A stretch of 64,000 nucleotides of DNA, taken from positions 66,705 through 130,704 of IMG/VR virus record IMGVR_UViG_3300025789_001072; one strand, 5' to 3'. This DNA is from a virus. Numbering within the stretch: the first letter of the stretch is position 1; each line of letters starts with the position of its first letter. The notes under the pieces are model-generated. The model saw only the letters and a list, made by a program, of their open reading frames with translations. It did no database searches and had not been told where the DNA came from. Positions 49,936 through 58,859 of the stretch are shown one piece after another. Made by a program: the position numbers and the translations under genes.

Positions 49936-49958
49936 TTCATTGCCTCTTTGATTTCTTT
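49932..49958 (+). repeat. 27-bp imperfect direct repeat with 50585..50611
   Basis: 24/27 identical; encodes KEIKEAMK* vs KEIKEALK*. Confidence 0.85.
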
Positions 49959-50588
49959 GATGGTTAAATCAAGTGGCCCAAAATTTGCATGTTTAACTTT
50001 ATCTGCTAATAATTCTCCAAAAATTTTATTTGTAGTAGTATTCATATGATTTTTCATATCTTGTCCCTTTGTAACTAATTGATTCAATGAGAAGTTAGTA
50101 TACATAAAATCATTATTCCAATTTTTATTTGCAACGTTGATTGAAATTAAACTATCAGAAAAACTTGGTAATAAAATTATTTTAGTGTGTTTATGAAAAT
50201 ATGTAATAATATGTGCTAATATATTGTCATAGAGAAATTTATGTACTTCAGTATTATAAAATTTTTCATAATAGTTTAAATGAGCAATGTTATGTTTTTT
50301 TTCTTCTGTATCAATTGGTTCTTTTTCAACTTTTCCTGTATAATATGACATATGTGCATTGCTGCAATATGGTATTCTTCTATAATTTGTACATGTGATA
50401 ATTAAATAATCATAATAATTATTTAAAATTTTATGTTGCTCTAAATTGATTTGACTGTATGCCGACCATAAACTACTTCCTTCAATACTTGTATTTTTAA
50501 AATCTAATTTAAGTTTGTTAGAAAAAAAATGTAACCATGTTTCTTTATCATCCCATGCACTGAAACTATCACCAGCAAATAAAATCAT
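49932..50588 (-). CDS. SGNH-like protein
   Basis: LFAGDSFS, NTSIEGSS, KNHMN. Confidence 0.7.
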   Translation of the reverse strand: MILFAGDSFSAWDDKETWLHFFSNKLKLDFKNTSIEGSSLWSAYSQINLEQHKILNNYYDYLIITCTNYRRIPYCSNAHMSYYTGKVEKEPIDTEEKKHNIAHLNYYEKFYNTEVHKFLYDNILAHIITYFHKHTKIILLPSFSDSLISINVANKNWNNDFMYTNFSLNQLVTKGQDMKNHMNTTTNKIFGELLADKVKHANFGPLDLTIKEIKEAMK

Positions 50589-51046
50589 TTCAACGCCTCT
50601 TTAATTTCTTTATCATTCCAACCTAATTCTACCAACATTGCCTTGAACTCAGGGTCAGGAATACTTGCTGCCAACAATTCGCAATCATCAAGTTTATATT
50701 CTGGATATAATTTGGCAATAATATCTGCTCGTTTGTTCTTTGACTTGCGAGCACTAAATGCCATCCACTCATGACGATGTTTGCCCATGTTAGGGCTTAC
50801 AGTAGTCAGTAGCAGCCATTGTAGTTTAGGATGCTTACCAAGGTCAAAAAAACGCTTATTAACACGCTCATTCATTGCTTGCAGATAGTATTGTTGTAGT
50901 ATTGGCTCACCCGTTACGGCACTTCCCCAACGCAACATAAGATATGTAGAGAACTTCTTGCGTTCTTCATCGGTAAGTTCATCATAGAAGGCACGATTCT
51001 TGGTGTCTAACTGTGCCATTTCATAGCCAATGTCAAGTTTATTCAT
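50585..51046 (-). CDS. Putative clamp loader small subunit-like protein (gp62-like)
   Basis: FSTYLMLRW...MNE...KHPKLQWLLL...HEW; family call tentative. Confidence 0.45.
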   Translation of the reverse strand: MNKLDIGYEMAQLDTKNRAFYDELTDEERKKFSTYLMLRWGSAVTGEPILQQYYLQAMNERVNKRFFDLGKHPKLQWLLLTTVSPNMGKHRHEWMAFSARKSKNKRADIIAKLYPEYKLDDCELLAASIPDPEFKAMLVELGWNDKEIKEALK

Positions 51047-51058
51047 TTTTATATTATA

Positions 51059-51559
51059 CTACACTATGTTCTGGATGTCAATAGTCTCACTTGCACGGCT
51101 GATTTCTTTAACAAAGTAGGCACATACTGGCTTTGGTCCATCGCTTAGCGGAATGCAAAGTAGTTGACCATTCTTTAGTTTAGGAAAATACCAACGCACA
51201 TCCTGATAAACATCTGTAATTTCAATATTCATAAATGCCGCACGGAATGAACTCAGGGGATTAAATGTAAATGCCTGAAATCCACGATCATTTAACTTGG
51301 TCAGTGGTAAGGCTTCCAAATCACCAATTTCTGCTTCACCAATAAGAATACGCCAATTATATGGCATCATTATCTTATGGTCGCCTATCTTTAGCATTAG
51401 TGCAGGATCATTAAATGATTCTAAAAATACCAATGGTAAGAAATAATAATCTGCTTCACTTGGGTTACTATTATCCAATACACAGAATCGCAAATCATCT
51501 ACTTGATCTGGCAAGTTATTCATTTCAAATACGGTATTGTCTACGGTTAGTATTCTCAT
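51059..51559 (-). CDS. Hypothetical phage protein
   Basis: PLVFLESF, LNDRGF, WYFPKLKNGQLL. Confidence 0.7.
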   Translation of the reverse strand: MRILTVDNTVFEMNNLPDQVDDLRFCVLDNSNPSEADYYFLPLVFLESFNDPALMLKIGDHKIMMPYNWRILIGEAEIGDLEALPLTKLNDRGFQAFTFNPLSSFRAAFMNIEITDVYQDVRWYFPKLKNGQLLCIPLSDGPKPVCAYFVKEISRASETIDIQNIV

Positions 51560-52284
51560 ATTAAATTTCTACCTTTTAAGTTATCTAGAATAAATTTGTT
51601 TATTTCATTGTTTAATTCAACACATTCTAGTGGATGTGCTGATATGTTCCATTTGTTATCGTGCATGTCTGATTTACGAAAAGGAATATTACAATCATGC
51701 AAATGTTGATTCATGCACCAGTCAAATATATTATAAAATCCACTATCGTTTTCTATGTCTGATGCCACTGTAAATTTAAATTTTTTAAAAAGTGAAAAAT
51801 CTGTAAGTGTTTGATTCCAAATAAGATAGTCATGATTTACACTGGTCAACCAAGCAGCAGTAAATTTAATCTGCTGCAAACTTTGTTCAATAAACAATCG
51901 GTTATTTGATTTAATGTTTACAAGATAATCTATAAAAATGTTTAGTAGTCGTTCATTTTTATCTATGTCAGAAAAATCATGAATACCATCATTGCCTACT
52001 AAATGATCATTGTTAAGCGTTGCCCACATACTGACATTTGACTTTGGATTATTATATGGAACATCAATACGATGCGGATGACTTAACCCCCATATTACCA
52101 ATGCCTTTGGAAGTTTTGCAACCGTGTTATAGATATGATTTATAACATATTCATGAGCACTGCCACTACGATATAACATAATAGGTTCTGCACCAAGTTG
52201 ATTGCATAGGTCTAGGTGTCCACCAGCATCAATATAACATCTCATATAACTATCACCACAAAATACTACATGACTATAACTCAT
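51556..52284 (-). CDS. SGNH-like protein
   Basis: VFCGDSY, RSGSA, WGLSHPHR, SAHP. Confidence 0.68.
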   Translation of the reverse strand: MSYSHVVFCGDSYMRCYIDAGGHLDLCNQLGAEPIMLYRSGSAHEYVINHIYNTVAKLPKALVIWGLSHPHRIDVPYNNPKSNVSMWATLNNDHLVGNDGIHDFSDIDKNERLLNIFIDYLVNIKSNNRLFIEQSLQQIKFTAAWLTSVNHDYLIWNQTLTDFSLFKKFKFTVASDIENDSGFYNIFDWCMNQHLHDCNIPFRKSDMHDNKWNISAHPLECVELNNEINKFILDNLKGRNLI

Positions 52285-53726
52285 TTGTAGATACTCTTTT
52301 CTTGTGTAAATGGATAATTGGCTTCTTTATAAAATTGTTTACGCTTAGTTAAGTGTCGTTTGGCAAACTTACAATCAGCAGTCAAGTCCCAGATTTGAAC
52401 AAAGTCTTTGTCTTCTGCCTTACGAATGCCACGACCGATAGACTGAATGACACGAACGAATGACTTGCCAGGTTCAATAAGAACAAGGTTAAAAATACGA
52501 GGAACATTAATGCCAACCGCAGCCACTCCATAAGTTGCAACAATGATTTTGTCACTGACGTTAGCAATCTCATCATAGTGTTCTTTGCGTTTTGCATTCT
52601 TCATGTCTCCTTGAACAAACACACTGTTAGGCAGTCGTGCAACCAATTCATCGCCGCACTCACGGCGATCAACCAACACAAGCGTATTTCCTGTTTTAAT
52701 AACTTCACTAAGAAAACTTGCCATATGGTCAAGACGATCTTTATTAGTTGTTAGATATTTTAGTTCTTCTTGATAATTTCTAAAATCACTGTGCTCAACT
52801 GTCTGAACAATGTTTACATGACAGTTAGACAGCACACCAGCCTCTTGTAAGGTGCTAGCACTGAGTTGACTGATAACATCACCAATTGCTACTTTAAGCG
52901 CAACTTGTTCAAATGCTTCTTTTGGAATAGTTCCAGTCAATCCCCAACGGATAGGAACATCGGCAAATTCAGTGGTAAGCATTGATTTGAGAACTTCTGC
53001 TTTTGCCTGATGTACTTCGTCAACAATAACTGCTGCAACATTAAGCATCATGGTCCATTCATTGCCTGTGCCTTTAGTGCTCTTGTAAAGGCTATTAAGG
53101 CTCTGCCATGTGCAGATAGTATGTGTGCGACCTAATTCTTTGCGTTCACCAAAATAAACACCAACATCTAACCCAAGATTTTTATAATCTTCTTCTGTTT
53201 GTAGAACTAAACTCTTGCTAGGAACAATAACAATAGAACGACCATATGGCTCAACCATAAGGCTCAGGGCTGCTGTCATGATAGTCTTGCCCGCACCAGT
53301 GGCTACATTCTGAACACACTGAGTATTACCAAGAAACTTATTGATGATTTCAATTTGATAATCACGCAGAACAATTGGTTGTCCTGCAACAGGATGACCC
53401 TTTGGCCATGTCTTGTGTGCAAATGTGTTTTCATCTACTTCATTAAATTGAAATGACTGACGAGATGAACGGTTATCTTCTATCTCAAATTCCCAATTGC
53501 GTTCGGTGAGATATTCAATAATATCTGGAAGAAGGTTGATGTAAGTAGAACCACCTAATTGAAAGTATGCAACCTTACCATCCCAACGACCTAATCGCAC
53601 ACTTGGCAAATGACGAGCATACGGAACTTCATACTTGAATTTTGCAACAAGGCGGCGGCGAGTGTCCGCATCAAGTCCTTCAAGTTTACAATTTACTTCG
53701 TCTCTGATAATTATTTTGCACAACAT
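52281..53726 (-). CDS. uvsW: UvsW-like SF2 helicase
   Basis: LRDYQ, ATGAGKT, DEVH, GLTGT, QSIGRGIR. Confidence 0.9.
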   Translation of the reverse strand: MLCKIIIRDEVNCKLEGLDADTRRRLVAKFKYEVPYARHLPSVRLGRWDGKVAYFQLGGSTYINLLPDIIEYLTERNWEFEIEDNRSSRQSFQFNEVDENTFAHKTWPKGHPVAGQPIVLRDYQIEIINKFLGNTQCVQNVATGAGKTIMTAALSLMVEPYGRSIVIVPSKSLVLQTEEDYKNLGLDVGVYFGERKELGRTHTICTWQSLNSLYKSTKGTGNEWTMMLNVAAVIVDEVHQAKAEVLKSMLTTEFADVPIRWGLTGTIPKEAFEQVALKVAIGDVISQLSASTLQEAGVLSNCHVNIVQTVEHSDFRNYQEELKYLTTNKDRLDHMASFLSEVIKTGNTLVLVDRRECGDELVARLPNSVFVQGDMKNAKRKEHYDEIANVSDKIIVATYGVAAVGINVPRIFNLVLIEPGKSFVRVIQSIGRGIRKAEDKDFVQIWDLTADCKFAKRHLTKRKQFYKEANYPFTQEKSIYK

Positions 53727-53760
53727 TTATCTTAATATACAGGGTTGTTTGGTATAATGC

Positions 53761-53788
53761 AATAAAAAAACAGGGTGTTACCCCTGTT
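53761..53788 (-). terminator. Intrinsic terminator
   Basis: AACAGGG-GTAACA-CCCTGTT followed by a T run. Confidence 0.8.
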
Positions 53789-55223
53789 CAATAAAATTAC
53801 TTTTGATTTTTAAAAATTTCATTCTTTTTTCTAATAGGTTTAAATTTTTTTCTAAGAAAATAATATTGTTATTATCTCGAATGGTATAACCTAAATTCTT
53901 ACAATGTTCTGTTAAGATTTTTATACGATTTAATCTTTCTCGCAATGTCAATGTTGGGTTATCTTTATTAAGCCAATTATTTTCATTTTTCTCGTCTAAA
54001 ATTAAATTTAATAAATCAGATTTATTGTATAAAAAAGTATTAGGTAATACCCCAAGACTTGAACCCGCAGCTATATTTTGGATAATGCTCTTAAATGGCA
54101 AATACCTATTAAACATTTCCAATGTATCCTGAAAATCTTTTTCAGTTTCAGTTGGATATCCAACGATTAAAAGTATCTCACATGCTATATTAAACTCAAG
54201 AAGTCGTTGTATAGTTACATCAAGATCAGCATTAGTAAATTTTTTCTTCATATGCAATCTAACTGTATCGCTACCAGTTTCTACACCAATAGCCAACCAA
54301 GATGCACCGCTATCTTTTAATAATTTCCAATATTCAAGATCATTATTTGTATCACGTCTTACTATATATTGACCAGTCCATTGAATTGGTTTATCTGCTG
54401 TCAGATTATAGTCTGCAATTATTTTAATAAATTTTTTAAATTCTTTTATGCTACCATTTACTAAACTGTCAGTAAAAGAAAATGTTTGTATATTATGTTT
54501 TTGGCTCAAGTAAATTATTTCATCTGCAATACTTTTACCACTACGGTACACATATTTCCAATGTTCATGTATATCACAAAACGTACATTGTCGCACACAG
54601 CCACGACTTCCAGTAATTGGTAGTCTATTCCTGTAACTTAAAAGATTATAATCGTCATAATTTGGCATCAATGCATTATCTAAATCAATATTTTGTAAAA
54701 AGTTATCACCATTAATGCCAGTATAGTCAGTATTTCCACTTAGTAATTCTACAATTGCTTTTTCACCTTCACTAACTATCCAATAATCAATTAGCCCACG
54801 GTTATATAAGCTATTAACCCAAACTTTTTTCCCTTCAATACCACCATCGCTTATGCCTTGTCCACCCAATATAATTTTACTATCTGAATATTTTTTTAAA
54901 AATTTACAAAATATTTCAGTGGCATTTCTATTTTGATATGTAAAAACACTTATTCCGATAAATTTAGGTTTATACTTAATAATTTCTTTAACCCAACCTT
55001 CAATAAGGTTCTCTGCTTGTTCAATTAATTCTGGATTAAATCCCTGTATAAAATAATTTTCTAAATTTGAAAAGTTAAAAATATTTGTTTTTTTAAAAAG
55101 AATATTGAAGTCAAACGTCTTACAAGTATATCCTGCATCAATTACATAGGATTTTAAAATTGCAGGTGCTGCTGGCAAAGCATATGATGTTTCGCCAGGC
55201 ACTGACAAGATTATTAAATCCAT
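53778..55223 (-). CDS. B12-binding radical SAM protein (class B methyltransferase-like)
   Basis: IGISVF, ILGG, EGE, GSRGCVRQCTFC, GVETGS, VGYPTET. Confidence 0.9.
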   Translation of the reverse strand: MDLIILSVPGETSYALPAAPAILKSYVIDAGYTCKTFDFNILFKKTNIFNFSNLENYFIQGFNPELIEQAENLIEGWVKEIIKYKPKFIGISVFTYQNRNATEIFCKFLKKYSDSKIILGGQGISDGGIEGKKVWVNSLYNRGLIDYWIVSEGEKAIVELLSGNTDYTGINGDNFLQNIDLDNALMPNYDDYNLLSYRNRLPITGSRGCVRQCTFCDIHEHWKYVYRSGKSIADEIIYLSQKHNIQTFSFTDSLVNGSIKEFKKFIKIIADYNLTADKPIQWTGQYIVRRDTNNDLEYWKLLKDSGASWLAIGVETGSDTVRLHMKKKFTNADLDVTIQRLLEFNIACEILLIVGYPTETEKDFQDTLEMFNRYLPFKSIIQNIAAGSSLGVLPNTFLYNKSDLLNLILDEKNENNWLNKDNPTLTLRERLNRIKILTEHCKNLGYTIRDNNNIIFLEKNLNLLEKRMKFLKIKSNFIEQG

Positions 55224-55402
55224 TATTTTGTTTTCTTTTCTAGCAGTTTTTGTATGGTTACCTTAGCACCAGGTTCAGCACCATACTGCATTGTAACCAA
55301 TCGTCTAGCACTTGTTTGATCATTGGCATTAACAGTTAAACTAAAATTAACCAATGGCATACGTGGACGTTTAATGTATCCGCTTATATCGTATGTCTTC
55401 AT
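55223..55402 (-). CDS. Small hypothetical protein
   Basis: MKTYDISG...; ATGA and TAATG coupling. Confidence 0.65.
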   Translation of the reverse strand: MKTYDISGYIKRPRMPLVNFSLTVNANDQTSARRLVTMQYGAEPGAKVTIQKLLEKKTK

Positions 55403-56184
55403 GCACCGTTCCTCATAATCGTTACTTCTGCAACACGCTGCCAACGGTTTGGCTGCGACTTACGAAGGTCTGCCAACTTAAGTGCAGTACGCAGTGACAT
55501 TTCACGGAACCGCTTGGCATTGTCCTTCATAAACTGCAGAATTTCTTTTTCCTGTTCTTTGGTCATATCATAACCGCTAAACAGTGCACCGCTTTCTGCA
55601 ATCTGCCGAATACGAAGATATTTATCGTGTTCAGTATCCATCGTCAAATCAATATAATGACAACGAGACTGCAATGCACCAAGATGGTCTTGCAGTTTCT
55701 TAGAACGAATGTTCTCGAACTTCAAGTTAGTGATGAAGATAACGCCACCCTTGAAATCAAACTTGTTGGGGATGCCTTGCTTATGTAGCAGATTGCTATC
55801 GGCGTTCCAATGGATGGTACGGCGTTTGCCACTGTCAAGTGCGGCTTTGAGAATGTTAAGTGACAGTTCATCCATAAGAACACTATCACAATCATCAAAT
55901 ACCAACACACTACCAGCATCGCTGAACTCATACAACTTAGCGTATAGACCAAGCGCAGTCATAGCACCCTTGACAACCTGATACTTGACCTTGCCAGCAA
56001 CTTCGTCATAAAGTGAATGCTCGTCCAACTTTTTATGAACGCCATAGGATTTACCCACGCCTGGCGGTCCTACCACAATCATGGCACGAACATCACCTTC
56101 CTTTACGGCAGTGGTCATGTCTTCAAGGATTTCAAACCGCTCGGCAATACGAGCCATAATTGCTTCATCTGTCATGCGAGTCAT
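55399..56184 (-). CDS. AAA+ ATPase
   Basis: GPPGVGKS, VFDDCD, ILKAALD, FITN, SR. Confidence 0.88.
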   Translation of the reverse strand: MTRMTDEAIMARIAERFEILEDMTTAVKEGDVRAMIVVGPPGVGKSYGVHKKLDEHSLYDEVAGKVKYQVVKGAMTALGLYAKLYEFSDAGSVLVFDDCDSVLMDELSLNILKAALDSGKRRTIHWNADSNLLHKQGIPNKFDFKGGVIFITNLKFENIRSKKLQDHLGALQSRCHYIDLTMDTEHDKYLRIRQIAESGALFSGYDMTKEQEKEILQFMKDNAKRFREMSLRTALKLADLRKSQPNRWQRVAEVTIMRNGA

Positions 56185-56279
56185 GGGAACACCCTCTGTG
56201 TTTGAGCCTATAACTTACAATAGCATAAATATCCATGTTGTCAAGCATTATTTTTTATTAAAAAAAAGGAAAGTTAACC

Positions 56280-56609
56280 ATGTTAATTAAGAGAATTAGA
56301 ACAAAAACTCGTCCATCCATCAATATTGAATGGAATTGGGTAGATGAAACCAATGAAATAGTTATACAAATGGATACGCTTGAACAGGCATTGCTTGATA
56401 ATGGAATCATACATGCAGTATTTTCAACGGTGAGTGAGGATGAATTGACTAACACAAAAGAATTACAATTCACATCCATTGAAAATTATGTCAGTTACGA
56501 AAAACAACATTCTGAGTTGCAATACAGCAACGGAGATTTTATTAATAGTGTGCAGTACATGATAAACAATGGAATAGCACATACTGCATCTTATACTTTT
56601 AAACCGTAA
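56280..56609 (+). CDS. Hypothetical protein
   Basis: AAGGA RBS and CATAAATA upstream. Confidence 0.6.
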   Translation: MLIKRIRTKTRPSINIEWNWVDETNEIVIQMDTLEQALLDNGIIHAVFSTVSEDELTNTKELQFTSIENYVSYEKQHSELQYSNGDFINSVQYMINNGIAHTASYTFKP

Positions 56610-56612
56610 TTT

Positions 56613-57326
56613 TTACTTTACGTAATTTTCACGTGGATAACGTTCACGATAATGACGATCACCTGGTTCCAGGCTACGAGCAAGTTCTACGTAGTCTGGA
56701 TTTTTGCTATGTAACCATGCTTCATGATCAAAACGCCAATGCTGTATAGTGGGATGCGGTTTAAATTGAGTATAGGCACGGTTTAACTTATCTTCTGGAT
56801 GATGTAGCGCATCAAGTGTCTTGATATAACTTAACTTAGCCCACCAGAAATTGCCAGCAAAGTGTGGCCATGGTTCTGTACCATAGTTTGTGCCTACTAC
56901 TTGCGCACCCTCATCAAGTGCCTCTACATTATCCTGCCACTTTTCAATGGTGAAGTAATTCATAAAGTTGCGCCAATCACCAACATTTTCATCGCCCCAA
57001 CGCAACAATCCTTTTAGATGGATATAGCAGACATAACATTCACTATCTGTATTATTAGCAACAGTATGCAAGAAGTTAAGTGTTGGGTATTCATGGAAGG
57101 CAGCATCTTTGTTAACATTTACTAACTTAATTTTGCCATCGGTATCAACGATATTTTTAGATGATAACCATGCTTCAAAAGTCCAAGGTTGACCATTCAT
57201 ACAGATATTAATTTCACTGGCAGCGTCCCATAGTCCAGATTTGACAATCAAGTCCCATTGTTGGTCCATTACATTGTGGTAACCATTTAGTTCGTTTACG
57301 TGCCAGAAAACTTTAATCGGGGTCAT
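56613..57326 (-). CDS. Putative glycosyltransferase-like protein
   Basis: HEYPTL, YIHLKG, HFAGNFWW. Confidence 0.5.
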   Translation of the reverse strand: MTPIKVFWHVNELNGYHNVMDQQWDLIVKSGLWDAASEINICMNGQPWTFEAWLSSKNIVDTDGKIKLVNVNKDAAFHEYPTLNFLHTVANNTDSECYVCYIHLKGLLRWGDENVGDWRNFMNYFTIEKWQDNVEALDEGAQVVGTNYGTEPWPHFAGNFWWAKLSYIKTLDALHHPEDKLNRAYTQFKPHPTIQHWRFDHEAWLHSKNPDYVELARSLEPGDRHYRERYPRENYVK

Positions 57327-57348
57327 ATTATTACCTTGTTGATGTTAG

Positions 57349-57420
57349 GGGAGAATAGCGGAATCGAACCGCTGAATTCTGCGTGCAAGGCAGACGTGTT
57401 ACCACTAGCACTAATTCCCC
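57349..57420 (-). tRNA. tRNA-Ala(UGC), no encoded CCA
   Basis: GGGGAAT/ATTCTCC with G3:U70; TCTGC-CT-TGC-AC-GCAGA; AGCGG-TTCGATT-CCGCT; 3' end reads C-CTA. Confidence 0.85.
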
Positions 57421-57457
57421 AATAGATAATAATATATATCATACTGTATATGCTGTC

Positions 57458-57489
57458 AATAAAAAACCCCCATTGTGTGAGGGTTTTTA
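57458..57489 (-). terminator. Intrinsic terminator
   Basis: AAAAACCCTCA-CACAA-TGGGGGTTTTTT. Confidence 0.75.
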
Positions 57490-57592
57490 ACAGCATAACT
57501 CCTGAAAGTTATGGACTACTACTACGAATAGTAGCAGGGGGTAAGTTAGTTATAGGCGATACGGTCCTTTGACCCATTCCCTATGATTTTAT

Positions 57593-57775
57593 TTAGCGGA
57601 TTTGCAATCCACCAAAATTTCTTTTATCCATACCATAGCCACGGTCCCACATCTGTAGACGATATTCTACATCACGAATATCGTGACAGTCAGCCATAAA
57701 CGCTTCAAACTTGCGCTGCATCTCTTCTTGAGATGATGGGAAAAGATACTTCCATACCTTATTAAGTGTGTTCAT
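57593..57775 (-). CDS. DUF3563-like small protein
   Basis: EAFMADCHDIRDVEYRLQMWDR; AAGGAG RBS before MNTL. Confidence 0.6.
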   Translation of the reverse strand: MNTLNKVWKYLFPSSQEEMQRKFEAFMADCHDIRDVEYRLQMWDRGYGMDKRNFGGLQIR

Positions 57776-57786
57776 TGTTTTCTCCT

Positions 57787-57829
57787 TGCACTGCACAATT
57801 ACTTATAATATATATAGTGCGTTGCAGCA
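57787..57829. promoter_or_regulatory. Two PhaR-like operator boxes
   Basis: TGCACTGCACAA (57787..57798) and TGCGTTGCAGCA (57818..57829) both fit TGCRNYGCASMA. Confidence 0.6.
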
Positions 57830-57867
57830 TAAAAACAAGGGATTTTTAGGAAACTCTGGTATGCGTT

Positions 57868-58074
57868 TTACGCAGAGGTCTTGACACTCTTGACCACTTC
57901 TATGAATAATTGCTTGAACTCATCTTTGGCTGGTAAAAACACTTCTTCTTTAATTTTATTACGCTCACGATAGTTAGAATACTTTTCTTCTTCCCACATA
58001 TCATCTTGGGCATCAATCATTTTTTCCATTGCCAATAGCATTCTTTCTAGCAGTTCATCAGTTGTGGTCATCAT
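57868..58074 (-). CDS. Small hypothetical protein
   Basis: 68-aa helical ORF. Confidence 0.6.
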   Translation of the reverse strand: MMTTTDELLERMLLAMEKMIDAQDDMWEEEKYSNYRERNKIKEEVFLPAKDEFKQLFIEVVKSVKTSA

Positions 58075-58075
58075 T

Positions 58076-58807
58076 TTACAATCCTAATATGCTTTGACTG
58101 CGATCAATCCATTCTAGGACTAAATCACCTTCGTTAAATTTGTCAATACCATCTAATACAGCATCAAGACAGTATGGAAGTCTGCCAGTTTCTTTTAATT
58201 CATATAGGCTGCTGTACAATCGTGGTTCATCGATGGTTTTGTAAACTGCCACACGTAGCCAACCGCTTTCTTTATCCAATTGGAAGTTAGCCTGACGACA
58301 ATCAAAACCTGCACTTGCTAATTGAACAATAAGACTACTCATTGTGTAAACATGATACATTCCGCTTACCATAGCAACGTTTACTGTGTTATGTTCAATA
58401 TGACTATGCACAGAAAGTGAATAAGGTATTTCTACAACTAGCAAACCATCTTGACGCAGTAATTTATGCCAATGGAATAGCGTACCAACAGGATTCATAC
58501 TATGATGTAGCGCATTGTGACACCATATAAGGTCTTGTGGCGGCAGTTCAACTGTACTCATATCCTCAAATTTCCACAACATTTTACCAGCAGTTTTAAT
58601 TTCTACACTTGGAGCAACTTCAACCGCAGTAACATTAAAGTTATAAGGACGACCACCTTGATCATGTAGTGTTGCCCACCACACAGCATCTAATCCGATA
58701 CCAGCACCCATAACAGCAATATTGCTCATGCCCGATAGATAATCATCAAGTAGTGCAAGATGGTTTAGGGTTTTAAGACTGTGTTGATGGCTTTCTTGAG
58801 GTGTCAT
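58076..58807 (-). CDS. Class I SAM methyltransferase
   Basis: VMGAGIG, DLIWCHNALHH, LLRQDGLL. Confidence 0.8.
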   Translation of the reverse strand: MTPQESHQHSLKTLNHLALLDDYLSGMSNIAVMGAGIGLDAVWWATLHDQGGRPYNFNVTAVEVAPSVEIKTAGKMLWKFEDMSTVELPPQDLIWCHNALHHSMNPVGTLFHWHKLLRQDGLLVVEIPYSLSVHSHIEHNTVNVAMVSGMYHVYTMSSLIVQLASAGFDCRQANFQLDKESGWLRVAVYKTIDEPRLYSSLYELKETGRLPYCLDAVLDGIDKFNEGDLVLEWIDRSQSILGL

Positions 58808-58859
58808 TGGGTTTCCATTAAATATTGATATACATTATATATTAGGATATTATCATCAT

